Part shown: in pieces, positions 13,938 to 26,500 of the stretch
Layout of the letters: the number at the start of each line of letters is the position of its first letter
Position numbering within the stretch: position 1 is the stretch's first letter
The notes under the pieces: generated by a model
The model's database searches: none
Told to the model about the DNA's origin: nothing
The model's input: the letters and a program-made list of their open reading frames with translations, nothing else
Made by a program: the position numbers and the translations under genes
Source of the DNA: Owenia fusiformis
Lineage: Eukaryota
Length of the DNA: 64,000 nucleotides
Direction: 5' to 3'
Assembly (NCBI GenBank): GCA_903813345.2
Contig: CAIIXF020000001.1
Location: 48,980,001-49,044,000 of the forward strand

Positions 13938-14199
13938 TTAAACATGAATAATGAGATCCGGGGCTACTTTCGGTCTCTAACTGTGTCTTACATCAGTACC
14001 ATCACTCCGCTGTGCAAGTATTGGAGCGCTGAAATACTTCTTTTTCGATCAAGACTTGTAAATTGTTCATCGAGTGAATGTTTTTCGACCCATTTCTCCA
14101 TTTCTCCATTTCTCAGTTGGAGAGCCAGAAGTTCCAATATCTAGCATGGCTCTCGAAGTGAGTAAAGTTATCCCATATCTCATGTCATCAATTCATTAC

Positions 14200-14569
14200 C
14201 CCCCCCCCCTGCTTCCCTCTTAGTCTAATCATGGGCTAATAGGGAAAAATAAGAAAATAGCCGACAATAACAAAAGATTTTTCAAAAATCAAAAATAATA
14301 ATCTGACCGGAAGTTGACAGAAAAGACACCTTTTTTACGAATTTACGACTATATAAAGATCCATTTTATTATGGATTTATAGTAATACAAACAATTACTT
14401 AAATCAAAATGTAATGAGTCAACTATACTCACTCTTTATGCTGTAAATATGAAAAATATAGAGCGTTTCTCAAACGTGGCGACTGCTTTAAATTTTTCAA
14501 GGTCGTTTGTAATCTCGCGATATTTAGCGAGAATTACGCAGTGACTGAATATTCTGAAATGTTACAACT
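14200..14569. promoter_or_regulatory. Probable FCHo promoter / 5' UTR, possibly bidirectional
   Basis: Immediately 5' of the ATG. ETS-type CCGGAAGT at 14307-14314, TCTCGCGATA (near the TCTCGCGAGA palindrome) at 14513-14522, local CpG retention. Confidence 0.5.
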
Positions 14570-17500
14570 ATGATCTCCTTTACAGACAATTTTTGGGTAT
14601 GTACGATCTTTATTTAACTACTTCTTGATGTCATCGATCTTAAGTATAACCTCATACTTCTAAAGAACCACAGTCAAAACCTCACGATCTCCGAGTAGGC
14701 GTACTGTGAGGATGCAAAGAGAGGGGTGTAACTTATTTTTCAAAAAATCAAAACATTGAATTGATCTTGATGGCTGATGATTGAATCGTTCTTCTTCTTC
14801 TTCTTCTATTAAAGTACAGACTCCTCTTTAGGATATTTCGTACTATGTGTGCTTGCGTGCGGTGTATATACAATTGTAGTGTGAGTGTGCATTAAAATGT
14901 CTAAAATCGTTTTAAAATCGTCATCACTTAGTACGAAAGCATCACACTCCCTGCCTCCTTCTTAAAAATGTCCAGGGAATCGATCATGGCTACATTTGCT
15001 GGAAGAAGGTTCCATAGTCGTATGGTTGCAGGGAAAAATGAGTAAAGATGTAAATCTACTCTTGAGGATGGGACAAGGTAGCGTAGGTTGTGACCCCTGG
15101 TCACAGATCCTACTAGCTCGAGGTATGCCGCTGGTGGAATGGCTACCTTATGGTGGACTATCTTGTGAAGCATGACTACTCTTGTCAAATTACGTCTGTC
15201 TTGTAGTGGTGGCAGCTGCAGATTCCTCAGCATGGTGGTAGGGCTGCTGGTTTGTCTGTAATCTTGTGTTATAAATCTGGCTGCTCGTCGCTGTACTCCC
15301 TCCACCTGCCCGATTGCCTTCTTCATGTAAGGGGACCATACGGAAGAGGCATATTCCAGCTGTGGTCTAACAAAGGTGGTATATGCTTGTTTCCTCACAT
15401 TGCTGGGGCAGGAGCTAATGTTACGACGGAGGAAGCCCAGGGTGGAGTTGGCTTTCTTGGTGATGGCAGACACGTGAGGATTCCAAGATAAGGTGTTACT
15501 GATGTTTACACCTAAGTACTTAGCAGTGTCCACTGCACATAACGGTTGGTCATGGATGCAGTACTGATGTAAACGAGGTGATCTTTTCTTGGATATGTGT
15601 AGTACCTCACATTTGTCTGGGTTGAATCGCATCAACCAAGAATCCTCCCATCTTTGTAGAGTGTCCAGGTCTTGTTGGAGTCGCTTTGCATCCATCTCAG
15701 ATTTCACTCTGCGATACATCAAGCAATCATCTGCAAAGAGGCGAGTGGTAGAAGTTACAGCCTCTGGCAGGTCATTGATGTATGCAAGGAATAACAGTGG
15801 TCCTAAAACAGTCCCTTGGGGCACTCCCGATGTTACTGGAGCTGATTTGGACTGTTCACCATCAAGGACAACACACTGTGTTCGATCTGTGAGGAAGTCT
15901 TTGATCCAAGCATGGGTTGATCCTGTAATGCCGTAGAACTGAAGTTTATGGAGCAGCCTTCTGTGTGGGACTTTATCAAAAGCCTTGGAGAAGTCAAGCA
16001 AGATTGCATCAGCTTGATCTCCGTTATTCAGTTCTCTTGCAAGGTCGTGGATGGTTACGATCAGCTGCGTTTCACAGGATCTCTCAGCCCGAAACCCATG
16101 TTGGAAGTTGGTGAGAATTTTGTTCGTTTCTAGGTGTTTCATTGTCTCGCTGAAGATGATGTGTTCAAGAACTTTACAGCATATTGATGTAAGTGAGACT
16201 GGCCTGTAATTAGATGCCAACGATCGATCACCCTTTTTGAAGAGGGCTACAATGTTAGCATCTTTCCAGACTTTTGGGATCTTGCCCTGATTAAGGGAAG
16301 CCTGGAAGATCAGGCTAATCGCTGGTGCAATCTCACTTGCTGTCATCTTCAGGAATTGTGCTGATATGTTGTCCGGTCCGGTGGCTTTGTGTGGTTTTAA
16401 GGTCTTAAGTTGTTTGAGCACCCCATCAACATGAATACTGATATTCGGCATTCTAGGATGGGGAGAAGGGCCTTTGTTGGGAATGGCACCTTCTGGCTCA
16501 TGAGTAAAAACTGACACAAATTGGTCATTGAGCACCTCTGCCTTGGCTTTACTTGAGCTGAATGTTGTGCCATCACGCTTCAAAGGGGCAACGCCTGAGT
16601 TGTCACATTTCTTGGACTTAATAAAGCTAAAGAAGCGTTTGTTACAACCGTCACCCACCAAGCCATCCAAATAGGTGTTATAGGCTTTTTTGCATTCTCG
16701 CTGGGACTTGTTCTTCACTGAACGATAATAGTTCCAGTCCTGCGAGCGTTTGGATTTCCGGGCACGGTTGTATGCACGCTTCTTCCGATGTGATAGCTGT
16801 TTCACAGTTGTTGTTATCCAGGGCTGGTCAAAGCGTGACGACGTCATCTTAGATGGTACGCTCTTTGCCATAAAGCGGTTACAAGCTTTTGAGAGTTCAT
16901 CCCAAAGGTCTTGTATGGGAGTGGAGATGTCACACTTCTCACAAAAGCTTTTGGCAAAAGTTGCTACATCGGTTTTAAGGGTGTCCATGTCTGCTCTCTT
17001 CCAGAGATATATCAGGCGCTTTACCGGACGTTGACGTGTTGCTTGTGTGTTGGTGTCAATCTGGACAATGTCATGGTCACTTATGCCTGGGATGGTCTTA
17101 CAGCTGTGAACCAAACTTGGTCGATTAGTGGCAAAGAGATCTAATGTATTTGCCATACGAGTTGGAAAATCGACTAGCTGTTCGACACCAATGTCCGGAA
17201 AAAGCCCAAGAAAAATCTCATTGATGGACTTAAGATATTGGTTGCCTTCAATGGTGTTTGTAGGCCAATTTATATCTGGGAGATTGAAATCACCAGCAAC
17301 CCAAAGTGTAGCGTTTGGATGGGCAGTCGCTAGGGTACTTAAACAACGACACATCTCCTGGGAATTATCTATGTCATTGTTGGTTGGTCGATAAGCACCA
17401 ACTATGATTAGGGGTTGTTTGGCCTTATGCTGTTTCACCTTGACTGCAACAAGCTCACTTGTGGTTTGCAGGGGAATCTGTGAGCTAATGAGTGCCTTGG

Positions 17501-20500
17501 ATATTGAAACAAGCACTCCCCCATGGCCATCCGGGCGGTCTTTCCGATATGTTTCGAAGTTTGGTGGAATAGCTTCGCTGCTCAGTATTTGAGGTTTGAG
17601 CCATGTCTCGGTACCTATGATGATATCAGGTTTGATTATAGTTCAATTTGTTGATTTGATTATTGAATATAGATTCAAGTCCGATTCTGTATCATCTGAC
17701 TCATTGGTTTAGATACTTAGATCAGAAGCCTAAATAATACAGCATCTCATCTACATTTGATAGACAGTCATGGGCGTAGCGCTATTTTTTGAAGTAGATA
17801 TAGTACGCCACCACCAGAGGAACAAGAGTTGGGTGAATCAAAAACGAGCATTCGGGGGGCCTGGGGGTTAGGCGTACTGTGAGGATGCAAAGAGAGGGGT
17901 GTAACTTATTTTTCAAAAAATCAAAACATTGAATTGATCTTGATGGCTGATGATTGAATCGTTCAATTTGTTGATTTGATTATTGAATATAGATTCAAGT
18001 CCGATTCTGTATCATCTGACTCATTGGTTTAGATACTTAGATCAGAAGCCTAAATAATACAGCATCTCATCTACATTTGATATCATTGGTTTAGATACTT
18101 AGATCAGAAGCCTAAATAATACAGCATCTCATCTACATTTGATAGACATTTGATAGACATTTGATAGATATAGTACGCCACCACCAGAGGAACAAGAGTT
18201 GGGTGAATCAAAAACGAGCATTCGGGGGGCCTGGGGGTTATCCCCCAGGAAAATTTTGAAATTTGGTTGTATTTGCAACCATCTGGTACGCCTGCACGTA
18301 CCCAGCGTACCGGGCGCTACGCCCATGACAGTTCTCTTTCGTCCATTCCTACAGTTTAGGACCATAAATATCGGCTTCTAAATGGGCCTATTAGCTTTTG
18401 CAGATTATTGCAGGCCATCCAACTGTCCCGCAATTTTCGTATTTGTCATGAATTTGCTGAAGAAATAGAAGTCACATCCGTTTTAGTGTGACAGACTATT
18501 CTTGTTCGCCCATTTGTTAGTCACTCATTTTAAGTGTTCCCAGGTTGAAAGGCCTGTTATCGACATAGGCAAAAAATGAGAAGTTGATTTTCTATCACCA
18601 TTTATTTATTTATGGTCCAAACTGTAAGCCAAAACTGATCCATTTCTTCAATCTAAGTTTCCAAGTGTGATGTTGATAGATCATTTGTCAGTTTTGTCGA
18701 TGATTGTTTTCAAGTAAGTTCAGTGAAGGATATTGACAACCTATCAAAAATCAGGCAATAGTAGGGTTTGGTTTTCTTCACTCACCTATCAATTTATCCA
18801 ATGTCATCATTTAGCACTTAGAAGTAGCTAATATGAACCTTTGTAAGTAAAACACCTCCAAATTAAAACTTTTAAAGATGTACAGACTACAGAAGGCATT
18901 ATACGTAAACAGGTAGTACTCACTATATATTAATAAGCTTACTACTACTTTTACCTAGGCCTATGTTGTTGACATTGCTGTTGACATTTTGAATTAAATC
19001 CAGAGCTGCAAGACCTTTAGAAATTAGGCATGATAAGAATTTTATGAGCAAAAAATATTTTTCTTTGTGTCAATGTTTAAGAAAATAACTCTCACTTGGC
19101 TTTGTTGTTAAAAATGTGAGACTAGTGTTTGACTAAAAATATGTAGAAAGCTACTGTAGAATTCAGCTATTGTATTTGATATTATTTGCTCATTTCTGGC
19201 TTAGATTGAGCATCGATAAGATAAATAAATATTTTTGATCAAAATAAATAAAAATCGTATATGTAAAAAATGCCAGTATCTAAATATTCATATTGCGATA
19301 ACCACGCCCCCTTTGTCTAGATCTTACAAAACGACACATACCGTATTCGCCGTAAAAAGCGCCCACAAAGAGCACCATTTATGTTAATGTAAAAGTCAAG
19401 AAATCTTAAAAAGAAACAAGAAAGTTCACGACCTTGACATGACCTTGACAATCACTAGTTAGCAAAATATCTAAACAAAACTCTGAAATGTGATCATTCC
19501 CTTCATTCAATATGGACTATTTTGAGATAATATTAGCTTAGTATGATGTGGTTAGCCTTGCCCAAGTCGGTCTCTTTTACTTATCTTGATTTCTATTATG
19601 ACCGCCTTGTACCCAAGAGAAAGCCACGTGCTTTACCCACCCAATGTTCATGTCGGTAAAATTTGACTAATCAACGACGGCCCTGCAGTGTTAGCTCATT
19701 ATTATGCACAGTCAAAAACAAGTACACTTTTCAGCTTTTCACCGGGACTTTTCACGAACAAATCTTGCACGAATTCATGATCAAAATACAAAAATTTTAT
19801 CAGATAAATATCAATCAGAATTTTCAGACGTTGAAACGATTGCTGAATTTGATATTAATCTCAGCATAAATGAATACCTAAAGAATAGAAATTATAAATA
19901 CAATTGTAAATTAAACATATCATATTAGCATGGTTGAAGACTAGATTGCATTAGAACTTTGGATAGCAGCTGTTTTTTTGCACCAGTGCCCATCAGTGTC
20001 TCATCCAAAATGGCACTCTTCATGTTGGTCTAGTAAATGGGAGAGGTGAACTTGTAATATGGTATGTGTTCATCATTTTGATACACATGTATTGTGAGTC
20101 AGTTTGTTTGAGTCTCATTTTTAATATGTACAGCGTTCACTATTTCAATATTACTTTTTACAACCCATACTGAAAATGCTGACTTGAAATTTCTACTTCA
20201 AGAAAAATAAAAATGTAACACACAATTTTAGATTACACCAGTCTACAGTTAAACCTGTGAATACAAATGCCATTCATTGATGTGAACATCGGTAGTTTTC
20301 ACTTCTTGCTAGATGACACCATATGTCAATGCTAACATCATAACATTTTATTTTTCATTCAGTTTTGTAAAATCTAAATAACAAGAAAAACGGGTTTTTG
20401 GAATCCCAACAGAATTTTCTCCTTGCAGAATTCACTAATTTCACTTGCAGAATTCACTAAAACTCGGAGGGTCAAGTTTTAGCACTTTTTTGACATGCTT

Positions 20501-23500
20501 TAAGGCTATCAAACTGTAATCAAGAGATTTATGTATAGAATCACCAGTTATCAGTCAAATTTTTGTTTTTAGGGGGAGAAAAACAATGGATTTGATGTGC
20601 TGTATCATAATATGAAACATGGCCAAGTTTCCAGCAAAGAATTATCAGACTTCTTAAGAGAAAGGTATGTTGTTTAGATTTAGCCTTTTTAGGTATATTC
20701 ACACTTTTATAAGTTTCAATGAAGGCTTAGTTAGAGTCTAATGTTATTTTCAGGTAAGCATAACTCATTTTATACATGTGCTACATCTCTCGGTAAATAA
20801 ACGCGAAAAAATTCAGTAACCTGCATATTTTTTGTACTTTTCAATCGTAGGTCAGTAAATTTTCTTCACTTTTAATTTATTTAATCATTAACCCTCAGTT
20901 AATGGTCTGGGTACACCGATGTACTCTTTGCAAGACAGAAGATGTAAATTATGTATGGAATGATTCCAATTGCGAACATATGGAACTACCTTAATTCATC
21001 CATATCAGTGTTCACAACAGGATAATTTGTGTCAGATTCTTGTTTTACCATTATTCTGACTCAGAACTCTATTTGTCAAAATATCCATGTATCTTCTCAA
21101 ACCTACAACAAATGGTGGTACAATTATTAGTTAAATGAATCATCTAGATGATTTAACGGAGAGACCATAAACTACTAGCCTTTGGTCCATTTGGTTTGGT
21201 GGTACCTAAATGATGGGAGGAGGGAGTATTGGGCATATTTTCTTTTCACATTAGATCATGGTTGGGGATAGTTTGGGTTGATAGTTGTTTTTATGTCCCC
21301 ACCACATAGTGTGGGGCCATATTGTCGGCCTAGGCGCGTCCGTCTGTCTGTCCGTATGTCCGTCCGTATGTCCGTCCGTACATCCGGCAGTTTTCTCCAA
21401 AACCGCTTCAGATATCACCTTCAAATTTTCAGGGATAACTAATGAGTGCATACAGATGTGGATGAAAAAAGTTAACTCGATACCTACTTCCTGTCGGCCA
21501 TTTTGAAGTCAAATGCTAAAATCCTTGTCCGTACGTCCGGCAGTTTTCTCCAAAACCGCTTCAGATATCACCTTCAAATTTTCAGGGATAACTAATGAGT
21601 GCATACAGATGTAGATGAAAAAAATTTAACTCGATACCTACTTCCTGTCGGCCATTTTGAGGTCAAATGCTAAAATCCTTGTCTGCAAACTTTAAGAAAA
21701 ACGGCTTCACAGTTGCTTTTAAAACTTTAGCATCTTGTTCAGCTCACTTCATTCTACATCTGATTAGGTTTTGGACCTGTTAGCTCAGTCATGTCAGCCA
21801 TTTTGAATGTTTTAAGAAAAGTAAGCGCGCGATAATACTTTGTATCATATTGAATGGTGTTTTTGAGTTTTCATACTTTAACTATTTAGTAGCTTTATAA
21901 ATAATCTCAGGTGTACTTTGTTGTAAAAGCCTATGTTATTGTTAACAGTAGTTATATGTGATAATTTTGTAAAAATAATTCAGCAAAAACTCATCACTTT
22001 TTTATTGTCGGCCATTTTGGATTTTTCTGTCCTAAAATCTTGTCTGTAAAGTCTTGTCCACACGTTTTCAGGTGAACCGTTTCGTAGATCAATATTAAAT
22101 TTTCAGGGATGATTCTTAGTATGAAAATCTAGATCTGATTAGTTTTTGGGCATTCTTGGTAAATGTCAAGGCAGCCATTTTAGATTTTCCGTCTTAAAAT
22201 CTTGTCTGTTAAGTCTTGTCTATGCATTTCCAGGTGAACCGTTTGGTAGATCAATTTCAAATTTTCAGGGATGATTCTTAGTATGAAAATCTAGATCTGA
22301 TTAATTTTTGGCCATTCTGGGTAAGTGTCAAGGCAGCCATTTTGGATTTCCGTCCTAAAATGCTGTCTATAGAGTCTTGTCTACGCATTTCCCAGTGAAC
22401 TGTTGGTAGATCAATTTCAAATTTTCAGGGATGATTCTTAGTATGAAAATCTAGATCTGATTAGTTTTTTGGCATTCTGGATATATGTCAAGGCAGCCAT
22501 TTTGAATTTTCCGTCTTAAAATCTTGCCCATAAAGTCTTGTCTACGCGTTTTTAGGTGAACCGTTTGGTAGATCAATTTCAAATTTTCAGGGAGGATTCT
22601 TAGTATGAAAATTTAGATCTGATTAGTTTTTTGGCAATCTGGGTAAATGTCAAGGCAGCCATTTTGGATTTTCCGTCCTGAAATCTTGTATGTAAAGTCT
22701 TGTTTACATGTTTTCTGGTTAACTGTGTGACGGATCAATTTCAAATTTTCAGGGGTGGTTCTTAGTATGAAAATGTAGAACTGACTAATTTTTTGGCATT
22801 GTTGGTAAATTTTAAGGTGGCCATTTTGGATTTTCCGTCATCAAATTGTGTCGGTAAAGTCTTGTCTACTCATTTTTAGGATAACCATTTGACGGGATCA
22901 CCCATAGGTGGGGACATTTTGTACACATTTGTGTTCTTGTATTTTCTTGAGTGATGAAACATGTGTGTGAAACATATGTGGGACCCCCATTAAATATGAA
23001 TACATTATCTTCCCTCACTTTTTCCATGAATTTGACCACTACTTTTCATGATTTTTCAAGTGGGTGCAAATGGACTTTCAAGTTTCAAGTGGGTACTAGT
23101 CTATTTTCAAAATCTCAATTAGGTGCAGCTGACACTTGCTTAATACGTGGAAGATCATTGCTCTGTCATATTGGAATGATATCACCTTTAGATTAGTTTA
23201 GCTCATATTTGATAAGTATATTTCAATTAAAAATATTTCTGGATTGACATTAGAGGTTTTTCAAAATTTCAATCTCATCTGGAGGTCATATTGGTGAAAA
23301 TTTAGAATTAGAGTAAGTTATATATTGGTGAAAATCTAGATGGCAAGATTGAAGCAAAAAACCGTATGAGTAGACTCTGCCATTGCTAGATATTCCATAA
23401 TTTAAATTGATTATTTAGTAGAAAGTGTTCCGAGAAGTTATTAGTGTTGCCTCAAACTCCCTACTTTGCCACCCCCCCCCCCCCTTCCCATTCTCTTCTC

Positions 23501-26500
23501 AATGCAACATGGAGAAACATAGAAAAGGACTCAGGCTTTTTATGTTGTATGACAAAGATGCTGTTTTATAAATAACATTTCGTCGTATGAGAATAATAAT
23601 GTCCCAAGTGCCATTTTTGAAAAAAATTGAGATTCCACAGATTTCCACTATTTAAATCATCCTCTTTCTTACTGTGATATTCCCTTATCCTTATCTCCTC
23701 TCAAAAGCCTGCTTTTCAGTGTCAAATTGTCCTAACTCCATAAAAAATTAAAAAATACAATTTAACTTTGTTCTATACAATCAAATTCTTTGAATTACAC
23801 CATGTGACTTAAGAATTAATTATATTATAATTTTAAACTGAGATTTGAATTTATTATTGAAAAAACGAATAGAGAAATTTGTGTCCATTGAAAATACATA
23901 GCAAAATGGACATCTTTCGATGGTATGAAAAATTCGGAATTGGATTGTCCTATCTCCATTTTTAATATGCTCAAAAATTGGCTTAGAAGATCTTAAAATT
24001 CAAGAATATTTTAGTGTATATACACAAATATTTGATAAAAATAATGTACAATTTTCACAGATGACAGATAGATAGCATTGAAGTTACAGATGCCTAAACT
24101 TTCAAAAATTGATTTCTCAGTTTCACAAAAATGTGAGTTGGGACATTTTTATTCTCATAGGGCGATTTTCTGTTCTACGATTCTTAAAATCTAGTTATAT
24201 GATCATACTGGTAATATCATATGCTGTTATATTTTATATATGAGACTGAGAATAAAAGTACTGCTTGAAAACATTAAAATAAAAAGCTACAGCATGAAAA
24301 GTGGATAAAATGCATGTTTTATAGGGTGTACTGACATTTTTAAAAGCTTCACTGACTACAGCTCGCATAGACAAAGTTGGTAGCATAATAGATATATGGT
24401 TATGTTATTGTATTACTATGTCTCTTCATGCCTTAGGTTACCTTTTAAGAACTTAAAGCTGATTTTGGCTTTATCAGGAGCTATCAGTTGAATTATAATA
24501 GGATTAAATTACTACTATTTTAATTTTTATTTTGATACTTGAACTATATTTCAATGTTACTGAAGAGTTTCTAAGGTGGAGAACTTTCTTTAATTAAACC
24601 AGTTGAATCATTTAAAGTTTTTAAGTCAAATCAAAATCCTACACCTAATGAATTATGTTATATAAGTATACAACTGTACACATGTATGTGAAAATAAATT
24701 ATTAGCAGTTTTTATTATTTCAATATTTTACTATATCATTCATTTCTAGAGTCTTCTAAAGTATTTTAGGACATATATTAAGAATACACTTAAAATATGT
24801 AGGTTTGAAGATCAAATTCAAGATGGTTCATATTTACATGTAAGATAATGATACCATACAGTTATAAATCTCTCTTGAACCATTGTATTGTAAACAAGTA
24901 AGAATTATATTGTGTGAATATTTCTCAAATAGAAATATCCTCACTGGGTCATGTTGACATATGTATGGGAACTTGACCCTCTCTTGAAAATTCATTGAAA
25001 TATTGAAAATAGTCTTAGTGTTAAACCTTTGCAGTTGTTTGATTTAGCTTTTTAAAAGATAGCTTCGTCTTCACTTTTTTAAGTTAAAGAGATACCTATG
25101 AACTTGCTGAACCAACCAGAGCTTGTCGAAAGAAAGACTCCTCGGTATCCCAAAAAATGAGCCACTTTCTGACAAGTGTTTTTTCAGCAAGAGATGAGCC
25201 AAATGGAATGAAAATTTTTACTGACTAACTTTTTTAAAATGTTTTTTTTCATGAAATGATTAAGTTACAAATGTACTTAAGTAGTATATTGTTCAACTTT
25301 CAAGGTAATAGCTTGATACATAGCCTTGATTAAAGCAAATAAACCTTCGCCACCAGAAGTTGAATAACTACGGTCGTTGTTGAAGGCATTGGTCATTGTA
25401 CGGTACATAATAGGTTACCCCAACGTATGACGTCCAATTTGCTAAAAGATATGTTCTCTTTGCAGTTTTTGTTTCATGATGTTCAACCCAAACGCTTTTA
25501 AATCCACTCTGGAGCTTTTTATTCACCTTGAAACCTTCCTGAGCTTAATAAACTGGCGGGGAAAGAAGATTGCACAATGGCCATATATATTGTTTCACTA
25601 GCTTCTCTTACATGTCATACTTTAGCAAAACATATTATATACCGTTTCGATGACCAATGCGTTCAGCAAAGAACTTAGTTCTGGCGGTGCAGGGTTATTT
25701 GCTTTGATCAAACCTTTTTTATATCAAGCTATCACCTTGAAAATAGAACATTGTACTAAAATGCATTTGTAACTCAATCAATTCCTGAAAAACACATTTG
25801 TAACTCAATCAATTCCTGAAAAACACATTTGTAACTCAATCAATTCCTGAAAAACACATTTGTAACTCAATCAATTCCTGAAAAACACATTTGTAACTCA
25901 ATCAATTCCTGAAAAACACATTTGTACACCATCTTCAGAGAAGATGGAGGACCAATTGATCAATTTTTCTTTTGAACAATGATTGACGTCATATTGAAAT
26001 TATCAGGAATAAGCGTTTTTTACCCATGCTTTTGATTTTGATCCCATTACCAGAAATTTTAAAGGATAAAACTGAAATTTCATTTTTATATTAGGGAGAT
26101 ATCAGGTGCCGAAGTACGACCCATTTTTTATGCCCACCCGGTATTGTCGTTTTCTTTGAAGTAATTATTATTTAAACATGTTTATTTCTGCTTGTTGATT
26201 GGTTTAGAAAATGTCGGTGCTGTTGGTTTGAATTGATTTATGGCCCTAGGCTATGACAGCTACTAGTAGTATGGAGTAGTGGCGGGGCCACTGAACTGTA
26301 AATTCTCTTAACCATTACTTTACAACTAGCATCTATAGTCAGTTTACTTAGCTTCAATACTGCTACAGCTCAGAACCCTAGATACTCGTTTGTTTAATTT
26401 TTCTTTGTATAAATATCAGTACCCTGCGTGCAGAGTCTAGTTAAACTACACTCTGCCTAGTAGAGACCATATTACAGTTAAGTAGCCCCGCCCCCACGAC

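Noticed and set aside
14146..14163. ATG GCT CTC GAA|GTGAGT as an alternative FCHo first exon (phase 0)
   Set aside because: In phase with exon 2, but it lacks the conserved F-x-x-N-F-W start that 14570-14596 supplies. No other support.
15252..17592. Several plus-strand ORFs overlapping the LINE
   Set aside because: Antisense shadows of the RT ORF.
18382..18414. [11 protein letters not shown] as FCHo exon 1
   Set aside because: No Trp codon or GT donor at the required position.
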